Source: a virus
Lineage: Duplodnaviria; Caudoviricetes
DNA length: 60,479 nucleotides
Strand: one strand, 5' to 3'
IMG/VR virus record: IMGVR_UViG_3300036781_000392
Span: 1 to 60,479 of that record
How positions within the stretch are numbered: the stretch's first letter is position 1; each line of letters starts with the position of its first letter. The notes below the pieces were generated by a model. The model saw only the letters and a list, made by a program, of their open reading frames with translations. It did no database searches and was not told the DNA's origin. Below are positions 45,494 through 54,039 of this stretch, piece by piece. The position numbers and the translations under genes are program-made.

Positions 45494-45981
45494 CAGGCCG
45501 CAGCGGGGATCGCGACGTCCTCGCTCGGCTCGCGGGTGACGACGCAGGTCACCATGATGAGCGCCGGGTCCGACATGGACCGCTGCTTCGAGCACGCCGA
45601 GACGAGGATCGGGAAAACGTCCATCGTGTTGCTCGGGTCGTCGCCCCCGTCCATCCAGACGATGAAGCCGCGGGTGTTCCGAGACAGCAGCGAACGGACG
45701 TCCTGGCCGTCCTCGGAGGAGTACATGGTGAGGCTGGAGTCGTCGGCGGACGTGGTCGTCGGCAGCTTGCCGACGAACGTCGAGACGAGGTCGGGGGTGT
45801 CGGCGGTGTCGGAGGTGACCGTCCAGCCGTCGAGGGCGTTGAGCTCTCCCGACAGGTCGGTGCCCGCGTCGAGCTCCGAGCGGGTCGGCGACGCAGGGTT
45901 GGAGATCGTCGGCACGTACAGGACCTTGCTGATCCCGGGTGCGAAGTACCGGGTTGCCTGGGTGATCGGGGTCGCTGACAT
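45493..45981 (-). CDS. Major tail (tube) protein
   Basis: 'PTRSELDAGTDLS', typical of actinophage tail tube proteins. Confidence 0.85.
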   Translation of the reverse strand: MSATPITQATRYFAPGISKVLYVPTISNPASPTRSELDAGTDLSGELNALDGWTVTSDTADTPDLVSTFVGKLPTTTSADDSSLTMYSSEDGQDVRSLLSRNTRGFIVWMDGGDDPSNTMDVFPILVSACSKQRSMSDPALIMVTCVVTREPSEDVAIPAAA

Positions 45982-46199
45982 CAGTCTTCCTCCTTGTGCG
46001 CACGGCGGCGCTTCGGCGCGACCGGCTCCGATGAATCCCCGCCGTCAGCGGGCTGGTGGTGCACGGCCTGCGGTTTGGTCGCGGGCACGTCGACGACGAC
46101 TTCCCAGCCAGCGGCCTGATGGTGCGGGACGGACCGCTGGGTGACGGTAATGGTCTGCGTCGGCGGCAGCGTCGGGTGCCGCATCGTCACGGCGGTCAT
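45981..46199 (-). CDS. Small hypothetical virion-cassette protein
   Basis: Coupled ORF. Confidence 0.6.
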   Translation of the reverse strand: MTAVTMRHPTLPPTQTITVTQRSVPHHQAAGWEVVVDVPATKPQAVHHQPADGGDSSEPVAPKRRRAHKEED

Positions 46200-46531
46200 C
46201 ACAGGCCCACCCGGATCGCGGCGACCGTCATGGACGTCACCGCGTCGTAGGAGAGGGCCGCACGGCCCGTGGAAGGGTCGCGGTACAGATCTGTGACGGG
46301 GATCGCCGCGGTGCCGCCGTGGGCGACTGTCACCGACCGGTCGGCGACGGCCAGCCCAGCCACAGTCTGTGGCGTCGCCAGAGTCACCGTGTGATCGCTG
46401 CTGTCGCCGTTCGCGACCAGCAGCAGCACGCCGCCGCCAGTCGCGCACGTATCGCCAGCCGCTGCGGGGGTGAGCAGGTTGTCGTAGCGCAGCCCCGTCA
46501 CCGGGACCACATGAATGGGGAGAGCAGCCAT
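46199..46531 (-). CDS. Hypothetical structural protein
   Basis: Beta-rich, RBS. Confidence 0.7.
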   Translation of the reverse strand: MAALPIHVVPVTGLRYDNLLTPAAAGDTCATGGGVLLLVANGDSSDHTVTLATPQTVAGLAVADRSVTVAHGGTAAIPVTDLYRDPSTGRAALSYDAVTSMTVAAIRVGL

Positions 46532-46619
46532 CAGGGCAGTCCTCTCGAATCGGTTGACCGCCCGTCAGCCCACTGGGACGATCCGGACCATCAGGACATG
46601 AAGAACGCAGGGGGGAACC

Positions 46620-47129
46620 ATGAAGACCGCGATCACGGCAGTCACAGCAGGAGTTGTCGGAATCGTCATCGGGGCAGGCGGATGGGCGCTGCTCGGCCCG
46701 GACGACAGCCCCAAGGCGGACACGGCGGGACACAGCAGCGCGACGACCGCGAGACCCGCCGCAGGGCCGAAGAAGCAGCACTACACCAGCGCCCAGGCCA
46801 TCGCCGACAAGATGACCGCCGCAGGACTCGTCGTGACGATGGTCCACGAGGACACCAGCGACAACTACATCAGCGACACCGGCGGGAAGTCTTACGACCT
46901 CGGCATCAGCGAGAAGACCGGCCAGCAGATCGGCGACAGCGGCATCAACATCTTCCCCAACGACAAGGCCCTCACGGCTTGGGCAGGGATCTCGCAGAGC
47001 ATGGGCGGAATCGCCGTCACCGGCGACACGTGGGCCGTCAGTCTCCCCTCCAGCAGCGAGGACCGGGCCATCACCAACCGCATGGCCCCGAAGATCGCGA
47101 AAGCGCTCGGTGGGACCATCACGCGGTAG
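46620..47129 (+). CDS. Membrane-anchored/secreted protein, counter-oriented within the structural operon
   Basis: N-terminal hydrophobic anchor, GGGGGGA RBS, GC3 bias on the plus strand. Confidence 0.75.
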   Translation: MKTAITAVTAGVVGIVIGAGGWALLGPDDSPKADTAGHSSATTARPAAGPKKQHYTSAQAIADKMTAAGLVVTMVHEDTSDNYISDTGGKSYDLGISEKTGQQIGDSGINIFPNDKALTAWAGISQSMGGIAVTGDTWAVSLPSSSEDRAITNRMAPKIAKALGGTITR

Positions 47130-47588
47130 TCAGCGGCCGGTGTAGCCGTCCGTCGTCACCTCGAAGACGACGATCGCCTGCATACCGTTCTTCGTCTGGT
47201 TCCAGGTCATCTGGTGCGAGCCGACGCTTGCGCGCATCACGCCACCGAGCGTGCGGTCCAGCGCGATGACATCGCCCGCGGCGCCCATCAGCTCGTAGAC
47301 GTCGCGACGGGCCGCCGAAGCGTCGGTGTCGCCCCGAAGGACAGCTGCCGCGCACCGGACCGTGATCTGCTCGCGGTCCGGTGTCCGCGCCAGGCCCTCC
47401 TGCTGGAGGGTGCCTTCCACGGACGTCTCGTCGTCGCCACCCGTCCACCCCACACACAGCAGGCGTTGCGTGGGCGACTGGTCCACGAACGGGCCATCCT
47501 GGACGACGGTGCCCTCCAGAGACGGCGCCTGTCGCCAGGCCGACACGAGGGCGTCCATCAGATCCGGTGTCTTTGACCGCCACGCCAT
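47130..47588 (-). CDS. Tail terminator-like protein
   Basis: Position and size, 'D.TLGG'. Confidence 0.7.
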   Translation of the reverse strand: MAWRSKTPDLMDALVSAWRQAPSLEGTVVQDGPFVDQSPTQRLLCVGWTGGDDETSVEGTLQQEGLARTPDREQITVRCAAAVLRGDTDASAARRDVYELMGAAGDVIALDRTLGGVMRASVGSHQMTWNQTKNGMQAIVVFEVTTDGYTGR

Positions 47589-48388
47589 CACGCCACCCCC
47601 GGCATCGACAGGCCGATCAGCTCCAGCGCCCGCCGCGGGATCGCAAAGCCAGGGCCAGGCATGTAGTCGTCCGTCCCGCCCATCTGCACGCCCATCGCGC
47701 CCCGCCTGGTCTCCCAGAGGTGCTGAAGGATGATGAGCCCCGCGAGGCGATAGTCGGCCGGGATGACGACCCGGCCCGCCTGGTAGGTGAAGTCCACGTC
47801 GCCCGAGAGCCGCTCTCCGGACGCGACCCTCAACAGGCCCGTGTCGGCGTCGAACTGCATGTTCGCCGGGTCCCATGTCCTCGAACCATCCACGGCCGAC
47901 ACCGACGTGAGGGACAGCACCGGCACCTTGCGAAGGAGAACCTCGGTGGCCCGGCCGATCCGATGCTGCTCAACGACGGTGCGTCGCACCACAACCTGGC
48001 CGAGCGCCCGCTCCACCGCGCCCGTCGCCGCAGCGATGAAGCCACGCAACGCGTCGTCGTCCGCGGTCTCCGACGGGCCCATGCCCAACTGGGTGCGGGC
48101 ATACGCGAGCGACACGATGCCGACAGGCATCTCGGGTTGTACGTCAAAAACATCCGCATACGAGGTGGTCGGCCCGCTGGTGACGAGCCGCCACACGTGC
48201 CGGCCAGCTTGAACGGTCACGTAGTCGACGCGGACCTGCCCGACCACCGTCGGCGTCGGCACGGCGGGACTGACCGTCGAACCGTCCGGCAGAATGATTG
48301 TGAGGTCGACCGAGCCCGGGTTCGTGGGGGTGCCTGACGCATCGGCGACGTCCACAGCCACCTGGTACACGGCTCCGAGGTCAATCAC
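47588..48388 (-). CDS. Head-tail adaptor with N-terminal Ig-like extension
   Basis: 'IVSL..AR..L...DD..L...I.AAT..VE', 'HLWETRRG'. Confidence 0.8.
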   Translation of the reverse strand: MIDLGAVYQVAVDVADASGTPTNPGSVDLTIILPDGSTVSPAVPTPTVVGQVRVDYVTVQAGRHVWRLVTSGPTTSYADVFDVQPEMPVGIVSLAYARTQLGMGPSETADDDALRGFIAAATGAVERALGQVVVRRTVVEQHRIGRATEVLLRKVPVLSLTSVSAVDGSRTWDPANMQFDADTGLLRVASGERLSGDVDFTYQAGRVVIPADYRLAGLIILQHLWETRRGAMGVQMGGTDDYMPGPGFAIPRRALELIGLSMPGVA

Positions 48389-49917
48389 TGGGCTCCCCCT
48401 TTGGCCGTCGGTACAGCTGACTTTCCGCGCTGCGCCCGAGGCCCGGCCGGCTGACCGCGGCGGGCCAGCGGCCCGGCTCCTGCAGCTCCTCGAGCTGTGC
48501 CGCGCACTACCGTGCCGTCGACCAGCCCGGACGCCTGAAGTCCCACGGTGATGACCGTGCTCCCACCAGACGTGGACCCGATCAGCCCGGACGCCGTGAG
48601 GGCCGCCGTCCCGCCGAGTCCCACATCGACACGTCGGCCGGCCGACCCCGCTGCCGCAAGAGCTGCAGTGGCGGCGAGTACCGCACTGCCGCTTCCGCCA
48701 CTGGCCACGGTGCCGTCGGCGATCAGCGATGCTGCCACCTCGAGGCCCGCCGCCCCGACCGCCCCTCGAAGGCCGCCCGCGGTCATCCCGGCTGTGGTGG
48801 CCAGCGCCGCGTCGCCTGCGGTTGCCCGCAAGCCCGACGCCGACAAGGCGGCCGCCGCTGCCAGAGCGGAAGAGCTCGCGGCGGCCCGTACACCATCCGC
48901 GGAAAGGTCCGCCGTCGCCGTGAGGGACGAGCCTCCCGCCGTACCGCGAAGACCTGAGGCAGACAGGTCCGCCGTCGCCGTGAGAGCAGTTGAGCCCGCC
49001 GTACCGCGAAGACCAGCCGCAGACAGGCCCGCGGCTGATGCGAGGGACGAGTCTCCTGCGGTGCCGTGCGAACCGGACGCCGACAGCGTGGCGGTCGATG
49101 CGAGAGCAGTCGAACTCGTCGTACCGCGAAAGCCCGAGGCGGACAGGTCTGCGGTCGTTGCCAGCGACGAGTCGCCCGCGACACCGCGAGAGCCGGACAC
49201 CGAGAGACTCGCTGTCACCGCCAGAGACGATGCTCCTGCCGTACCGCGAAGGCCTGAGGACGACAGGGTCCCGGTACCCGAGAGCGCAGCATCGCCCGTG
49301 GCGCCGCCGCTGGACGCCGGGGCCAGCGCGACGAGGGCGGCCCCCCAAATCTGGCTCGGGCTGAACGTCCCGGAGGCCGCCGACTCGCTGCCGCCCGCGG
49401 TCGAGATTTTGTACGCCATCGACCAGGGCGCGACGTCCGCGACCTCCGTGAACCCGCTCGGCGGGGTGTGCGTGATCCCGGATGAGGAGGCGATCGTGTT
49501 GACGTGCCACGCCAGCGCCGCCCCTGTCACCGTGGTGACCGTGAGCGTAGACACGGGAGCGGCGGTGCCCGTCAGCGACTGGAACGGAACCAGCGACAAA
49601 TCCAGGGCCGGATCAACGCCGGAGAAGAACTCCGCCGCCAGAGCCGACCAGCGGGTCCCGGTCCACGAATACGCGAACGCGGTCTCCGTGGTAACCCGCT
49701 GCAGGTAGACGAGCGTCTGACTTGTCGCCGTCGCGATCGTGCCACGCAATACGGCACCACTCGGCGGGGTCACCGCGGGGAAGCTCGCCGACGGCTCCCA
49801 CCGGGCGAGGAAGAACACGCCGACATCGCCCGCTGTGACGCCAGCCGGTTTCGACACCGACCTCGACGTGAGGAGCTGATCCGCACCCGTATTGACCTGC
49901 GCGACGTAGGACGTCAC
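48385..49917 (-). CDS. Repeat-rich fibre-like structural protein
   Basis: Globular N-domain plus about 13 Ala/Ser/Thr/Gly 19-aa repeats. Confidence 0.7.
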   Translation of the reverse strand: MTSYVAQVNTGADQLLTSRSVSKPAGVTAGDVGVFFLARWEPSASFPAVTPPSGAVLRGTIATATSQTLVYLQRVTTETAFAYSWTGTRWSALAAEFFSGVDPALDLSLVPFQSLTGTAAPVSTLTVTTVTGAALAWHVNTIASSSGITHTPPSGFTEVADVAPWSMAYKISTAGGSESAASGTFSPSQIWGAALVALAPASSGGATGDAALSGTGTLSSSGLRGTAGASSLAVTASLSVSGSRGVAGDSSLATTADLSASGFRGTTSSTALASTATLSASGSHGTAGDSSLASAAGLSAAGLRGTAGSTALTATADLSASGLRGTAGGSSLTATADLSADGVRAAASSSALAAAAALSASGLRATAGDAALATTAGMTAGGLRGAVGAAGLEVAASLIADGTVASGGSGSAVLAATAALAAAGSAGRRVDVGLGGTAALTASGLIGSTSGGSTVITVGLQASGLVDGTVVRGTARGAAGAGPLARRGQPAGPRAQRGKSAVPTAKGGAQ

Positions 49918-49940
49918 GACGACCGCCTCCGATCAGGCCG

Positions 49941-50339
49941 TCACACAGCCTGCGGCGAGAGACTGACACCCAGAGTCTTCAGCGTGAAAAAGTCTCCACT
50001 CGACCAGTCCTTCGATGGGGACAAGGTGACAGAGAACATGAAGGTGCCGCCCGTGGCGGCCGTCCACAGCGAGACGGCCGTCAGCTCCTCGCTGGTGCCG
50101 CCGTTCGTCCACGGTCCGACGTCGCCCGACAGGGCCAGCGCGGAACCGCCGGAGGATGCGTCGTGCGTGGCCGCGATACGAGTCGTAGACCCGGCGGAGA
50201 CTGCAGTTGTCCCGGCCGCGCCCGGGTTCGCGGTGTGCAGCTGCACATAGGCGGCAGCGATCGGCCCGAAGGCGGCCCCGGCCGGGCGCAGCGTGTTCAG
50301 CCAGTTGCTGACCAGTGTCGAACTCAGGCCCTCAGCCAT
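49941..50339 (-). CDS. Small structural (fibre-associated) protein
   Basis: 'YVQLHTANPG..GT', 'LW.AATGGTF'. Confidence 0.7.
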   Translation of the reverse strand: MAEGLSSTLVSNWLNTLRPAGAAFGPIAAAYVQLHTANPGAAGTTAVSAGSTTRIAATHDASSGGSALALSGDVGPWTNGGTSEELTAVSLWTAATGGTFMFSVTLSPSKDWSSGDFFTLKTLGVSLSPQAV

Positions 50340-50444
50340 CAACCACCACGTCCTCCCCCTCGGGGGTGTCGCTCTCCTGCTGCTCGGCCGCTGGGGTGAC
50401 CTCGCCAGAGGCCTCCAGCGTGAGTACGAACACGAGCTCGTCCA

Positions 50445-50756
50445 CTACTTGTCCTCGCCGGGCTTGGCCGGGGTGCGCTTCGCCGCGGCCTTCTTCGCGG
50501 CAGTCGGCTTCACTTCCGGGCTCGCGGGCTGCGGCTTCTGCTCGACCGCGGCCTCCGGCATCGGGTCGGCGGCAGCCGCCTCCGGAGCCGAGCCCGCCTT
50601 CTCGGTCTCCAGGTCGGCAACGTCGAAGCCGTGCCGAGCCTTCAGCACGCGAGCGACCTGTTCCGCTCGTTCGTCAAGACCGGCCTTGCGGTAGGTCCGG
50701 TAGGTAGCAACGCGCGACCTCAGGTACGCGTCGGGAATGTCTCGTATCTTAGCCAC
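50445..50756 (-). CDS. Hypothetical protein
   Basis: GGAGG RBS, Ala/Lys/Pro-rich tail. Confidence 0.65.
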   Translation of the reverse strand: MAKIRDIPDAYLRSRVATYRTYRKAGLDERAEQVARVLKARHGFDVADLETEKAGSAPEAAAADPMPEAAVEQKPQPASPEVKPTAAKKAAAKRTPAKPGEDK

Positions 50757-50773
50757 TAGTTAATGCCTCCCGG

Positions 50774-51430
50774 CTAGTCGGAGGCGGTGGCCTCCAGATA
50801 TGCGGCTGCTCGCCGCAAAACCGACGTGCGGTCATAGAACGAACCTAAGCCGGTGTTGCAAGTGCCGCATAGCAGCCCTCGAACCTTGCCCGACCGATGG
50901 CAGTGATCCACATGCCAGAAACCGTGGCTCGTTTTCGGATTCGATGTGCCGCATATGGCGCACACCTCTCCCTGCTTCGCCAGAAGCGCTTCGTAGTCGT
51001 CGACTGTGATCCTGTACTTACTCCACAGCCTGTACGCGCGCCGCCGTTCAGGGGTGAGGTTGCGTCCGCGATACCGCCCTGCACAGGTTCCACTGCAGAA
51101 GCGAGCATCCTTGCGCATGTGCGTGATGTCGGTCTTACAGAAGTCACAACTGCGCGCCTCTCGCGGATTGTCACGCCAGTAGCGTGCTCGCATCTTGCAG
51201 TTGCTCGAACAGAACCGCTGCGCGAGGCTTCGCTGTTTTGGCGTGTACTCCTTGGCGCACCATTCGCAGGCGCGTGGATCATCGCTGCCTTTGGGCTTGT
51301 ATCGATCCCGGTGCCATCTCCGATAGCAGTCGATACACCAGGGATTGAGACCGTCCGAGGCGGACTTCCGTTTATAGAAGCCCGCCTCGGGCTTCGTCTC
51401 GCCACATCGATTGCATCGCTTCTGGCTCAT
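50774..51430 (-). CDS. Endonuclease VII-family homing-type endonuclease
   Basis: CAICG...HVDHCH..GKVRGLLC..CN..LG; several N-terminal Zn fingers; low GC. Confidence 0.9.
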   Translation of the reverse strand: MSQKRCNRCGETKPEAGFYKRKSASDGLNPWCIDCYRRWHRDRYKPKGSDDPRACEWCAKEYTPKQRSLAQRFCSSNCKMRARYWRDNPREARSCDFCKTDITHMRKDARFCSGTCAGRYRGRNLTPERRRAYRLWSKYRITVDDYEALLAKQGEVCAICGTSNPKTSHGFWHVDHCHRSGKVRGLLCGTCNTGLGSFYDRTSVLRRAAAYLEATASD

Positions 51431-51466
51431 ACCTCATTCTACTGGAAATGAGGTGATGATTAGAGA

Positions 51467-52861
51467 TCAAAAGCTAGGCGAAGCCAGGCCGGACCCGCCG
51501 ATTTCGACGATGCTCTTCGGATAACGGGCCGCGGTAAAGGCCAAGTAGCCGTAGACCTGGAGGCGCACCGTGAGGTTGCCGGAGCCGACCTCGGGGAGCA
51601 CGCGCGAGCGAATCCCCGACTCGTACAGCAGGGCGTCCGACGCACGCAGGACGTGAATGACGTCCTCGTCGGTGTCGTCGCCGAGAGTCGTCGGGAGCGA
51701 CGGGTCGGTGATGACCGGCAGGCCGTGCATCTGACCGACGACCTGCTCCGAGGCGACTGCGCCGAGCGTCGCGATGACGTTCTGCGGGTTCCCGGCGGAC
51801 GGGACGACGAGCGGCCGGCCGGTGCTGTCGGACGCGGCCAGAAGGTAGGCCCACCTGCGCGGGTGCATGACGATCGCAGTCGGCGCCATGAACCGCAGCG
51901 TGTGCACGCGCTGCACCGCGTCGGCGACCTTCGAGTACAGCTTCGCCACGGTCGGGCTCGCGTCGTCGTAGGTGACGGTCTCGATGCCCGACGTCCCACG
52001 GATGCCGGTCACCTGACCGTTCGTGCCGGTGCCGGAGATGACCTGCACGTCGACCTTCGTGGCGTAGTCCGCGACCAGGTCACGGAAGATGACCTCATCG
52101 AAGGAGACCGGCGACTGGTCGAGGAGCTGGATAGCCACGTCCTGCTGGCCCGCGATCGTGCGCACCGGGGCGTTGATGAACGTGTCCGTCAGGTCGGTCT
52201 CCTGCACGGCCGCATTGTCCGCGGTCTGCGCCGAGGTGGCCGTGCCGGTGGCGATCTTCGGGATGTTGATGCTGTCCGTGCCACCCGGGAGCGGCTGCCC
52301 GTTGACGAGGTTCGCGTAGGCCCGACCGGGCCTCGCCAGCTCGATGAACTGGGACATGAGCCACAGCGGCGGGATGGCGTACCCGCCGGTGCCGTCCGTG
52401 CGGTTCAGGTCCCGGTACTCCGGGTCCGACGCGACGTCCTGGGCGTGCCGCATCAGGCGGTCGCGGGCGCTGCCGTCGGCGTCCATGTTGAGCTGGAGGC
52501 GCGCGAGGTCCTGGAGGTACGAGCGGCCGTTGCCGCGGTCGTAGGTGCGGGCCTCGGAGACGGAATCGACACGGGCGCGGGCCCGCTTCACCGCAAGGGC
52601 GCCCGCCGTGACGGTGCGCTCCCGCTCGGACTCCTCCGACAGCTCGGAGATGCGCTCGTCGAGACCGCGGAGCTCCTCGTCCTTCGACTTGACCTGCGCG
52701 GTCAGCTCGCGGAACTCGGAGTCCTCCTCGGCCAGAAGGTCCTCACGGGCCTCCTCCTCGGCAAGGTCGGTGATGGCCTTGCGCTGCGCGACGATCTGCT
52801 CGCGCTCTCCAGCGGCCTTGTCACGCCTGGCCACCAGGCGCTTGAAACGCTCGTCAGACAT
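51467..52861 (-). CDS. Major capsid protein (HK97 fold with delta domain)
   Basis: Coiled-coil N-terminus, 'GGYAIP', 'GTGTNGQ..GI', 'VMHPR.W'. Confidence 0.93.
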   Translation of the reverse strand: MSDERFKRLVARRDKAAGEREQIVAQRKAITDLAEEEAREDLLAEEDSEFRELTAQVKSKDEELRGLDERISELSEESERERTVTAGALAVKRARARVDSVSEARTYDRGNGRSYLQDLARLQLNMDADGSARDRLMRHAQDVASDPEYRDLNRTDGTGGYAIPPLWLMSQFIELARPGRAYANLVNGQPLPGGTDSINIPKIATGTATSAQTADNAAVQETDLTDTFINAPVRTIAGQQDVAIQLLDQSPVSFDEVIFRDLVADYATKVDVQVISGTGTNGQVTGIRGTSGIETVTYDDASPTVAKLYSKVADAVQRVHTLRFMAPTAIVMHPRRWAYLLAASDSTGRPLVVPSAGNPQNVIATLGAVASEQVVGQMHGLPVITDPSLPTTLGDDTDEDVIHVLRASDALLYESGIRSRVLPEVGSGNLTVRLQVYGYLAFTAARYPKSIVEIGGSGLASPSF

Positions 52862-52890
52862 GACGAAGCTCCTCAGGTTGAGTTGGGTGA

Positions 52891-52976
52891 ACGACGGCCA
52901 GTGCCAGGCCGGTTGAAGCCGTCGTCAGCCAGTGCCAGGCGCACGACAGCGACCGCGATCAGTGCCAGACCGCGGT
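52891..52976 (-). repeat. Three CTGGCACTG motifs, each in a hairpin loop, in the capsid leader
   Basis: CAGTGCCAG at 52899, 52930, 52960 on the plus strand, each flanked by different complementary arms. Confidence 0.6.
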
Positions 52977-52995
52977 TGAGTGAGTGGAGACGCCG

Positions 52996-54039
52996 TCAGT
53001 CGGCGTCGGTGAGGTGGCGGCGCAGATGCCGCTCGACGGCGGCGCGCTCCTCCTCGGGGATGTCCGACTGCGGCAGCCGGGACAGGGCGTAACGGACCGC
53101 GCCGACATTCGCGGGTGCCCCGATGCGGCCCTCGTGGTGGGCGAAGCGGTACGACGCTTTGTCCTCCGGGTCCCCAGTTGGGTCAACCCAGGCGTGCATG
53201 TAGCGCAACGCGACCTGGTCGGCGGGCGCGGCCTCGATGGCGGCACGCCGGTCCATCTGGCCCTCGGTGACGCCGGTCGAGTGCGCGGGGATCGCGGCAG
53301 GCAGCCGGAGCAGCTTGAAGTCGTCCTCCATCGCCCGCGCTTCCGCGACCGACAGCCGCACACGCGGCCTCGCTCCGGACGCCGATCGGTGGAGAGTCAG
53401 GAGGTTGTCCCGCGCCTGCGTGAGGCGCTGGAGGGCATCCGTCCCGCCCGAGCGCACCTCCGACAGCGCCTCCTCGGGGTCCCAGGTCGCGAGAACCTCC
53501 AGGGCGTCCGTGGCGCTGTTCAGCTGGACGCTCGTGGCCGGGTTGGCGCCGAAATTCACGACACTGACGTCGCCCTTGTGGAGACTGACCTCCATGAGCC
53601 GGCGCTGCGTGTAGTCGTCGCTCCACTCGTCCTGCTTGACGCGGAAAGCGAAGGACATCTCGTCCATGTCGCCGCGGTCCATCTTCGGAGCGAGGCGCTG
53701 CACGTCCGGATCGGACGGGTCGAGACCGGCCTCGACGTGCAGGCCGGTCGAGTCGGTGGCCAGCTTGAGCGTGCCGGACTTGGTACGCGCGAGCGGCATC
53801 CCCGCGTGGTTGATCAAGAGGTGCAGATCGGGGCTGGCCGCGAGTGTCTGGTCGAAAGCTCGCGGATCCACAGTCTCCGTCCAGCCGACCGGGGGACCAC
53901 CGAGTACGTCATAGCCGTTGTTGAAGATGGACGCGTAGCCGGTCAGAGTCAGCTGGCCGCCCTGCGCGCGCAGTTCGAACTGGCCAGACGCGATACCGCG
54001 GCGCTCAGGGGAATCCCGAAGATCTCGCCGGTCAACCAT
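52996..54039 (-). CDS. HK97-family prohead protease with C-terminal extra domain
   Basis: 'GYASIF', 'NH', 'MSFAF', 'DVSVV..GANP.T'. Confidence 0.92.
   Translation of the reverse strand: MVDRRDLRDSPERRGIASGQFELRAQGGQLTLTGYASIFNNGYDVLGGPPVGWTETVDPRAFDQTLAASPDLHLLINHAGMPLARTKSGTLKLATDSTGLHVEAGLDPSDPDVQRLAPKMDRGDMDEMSFAFRVKQDEWSDDYTQRRLMEVSLHKGDVSVVNFGANPATSVQLNSATDALEVLATWDPEEALSEVRSGGTDALQRLTQARDNLLTLHRSASGARPRVRLSVAEARAMEDDFKLLRLPAAIPAHSTGVTEGQMDRRAAIEAAPADQVALRYMHAWVDPTGDPEDKASYRFAHHEGRIGAPANVGAVRYALSRLPQSDIPEEERAAVERHLRRHLTDAD

Noticed and set aside
48560-49310. Non-coding repeat array or DGR template/variable repeat
   Set aside because: 57-bp period is explained by protein repeats; no reverse transcriptase in the window
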